The position numbers were made by a program, and so were the translations under genes. The notes below the pieces were generated by a model. That model was not told the origin of the DNA. It saw only the letters and a program-made list of their open reading frames with translations, and ran no database searches. A stretch of DNA of 24,509 nt from a virus (lineage: Duplodnaviria; Caudoviricetes): positions 1-24,509 of IMG/VR virus record IMGVR_UViG_3300032233_001346. One strand, written 5' to 3'. Numbering within the stretch: the stretch's first letter is position 1; each line of letters opens with the position of its first letter. Below are positions 24,401 through 24,509 of the stretch, piece after piece.

Positions 24401-24509
24401 ATGAAAATCAAACAACTGATGCTTGCACCTGTTGCTCTTGGTATGATTGCTCCTGTTGCTGCGAATGCCGCAGACCTTAACTTGGCAGCAGTCAATCAAT
24501 ACTCAACTG
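24401..24509 (+). CDS. Cyanobacterial Som-type outer-membrane porin, N-terminus only (truncated by the window edge)
   Basis: MKIKQLMLAPVALGMIAPVAANAADLNLAAVNQYST resembles the signal peptide and mature start of picocyanobacterial porins. Confidence 0.7.
   Translation, partial: MKIKQLMLAPVALGMIAPVAANAADLNLAAVNQYST

Noticed and set aside
12038-24499. Nested and antisense small ORFs within the glycan operon
   Set aside because: They overlap well-supported genes or regulatory DNA and show no motifs or initiation signals.

Overview
AT-rich window from a T4-like (Kyanoviridae-type) cyanomyovirus, probably freshwater. Support: T4 late promoters (NATAAATA), host-type sigma70 promoters, cyanophage-style tail-fibre and internal proteins, and a Som-type porin start. 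Left to right: (1) a minus-strand tail-fibre/baseplate gene running off the left edge, absent from the ORF track; (2) late genes (putative lipoprotein, Pro/Ala-rich virion protein), a GIY-YIG nuclease and a secreted phage lysozyme with a structured 5' leader; (3) a cluster of 12 tRNA genes, one structurally aberrant with a UAU anticodon, interleaved with a fibre gene, dps, a methyltransferase, an orphan Phd/YefM-like antitoxin and small ORFs; (4) a roughly 190-nt ncRNA of four tandem pseudoknot-like modules (manA/wcaG-motif-like) with its own terminator; (5) a 12.4-kb glycan locus: GDP-mannose 3,5-epimerase, a second epimerase, NDP-sugar dehydrogenase, GT10, three GT11, GT2/GT7, GT25, three methyltransferases, a carbamoyltransferase and nadE; (6) a Pho-box-like promoter and the start of a porin gene. 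All calls come from reading motifs by eye; no searches were run.
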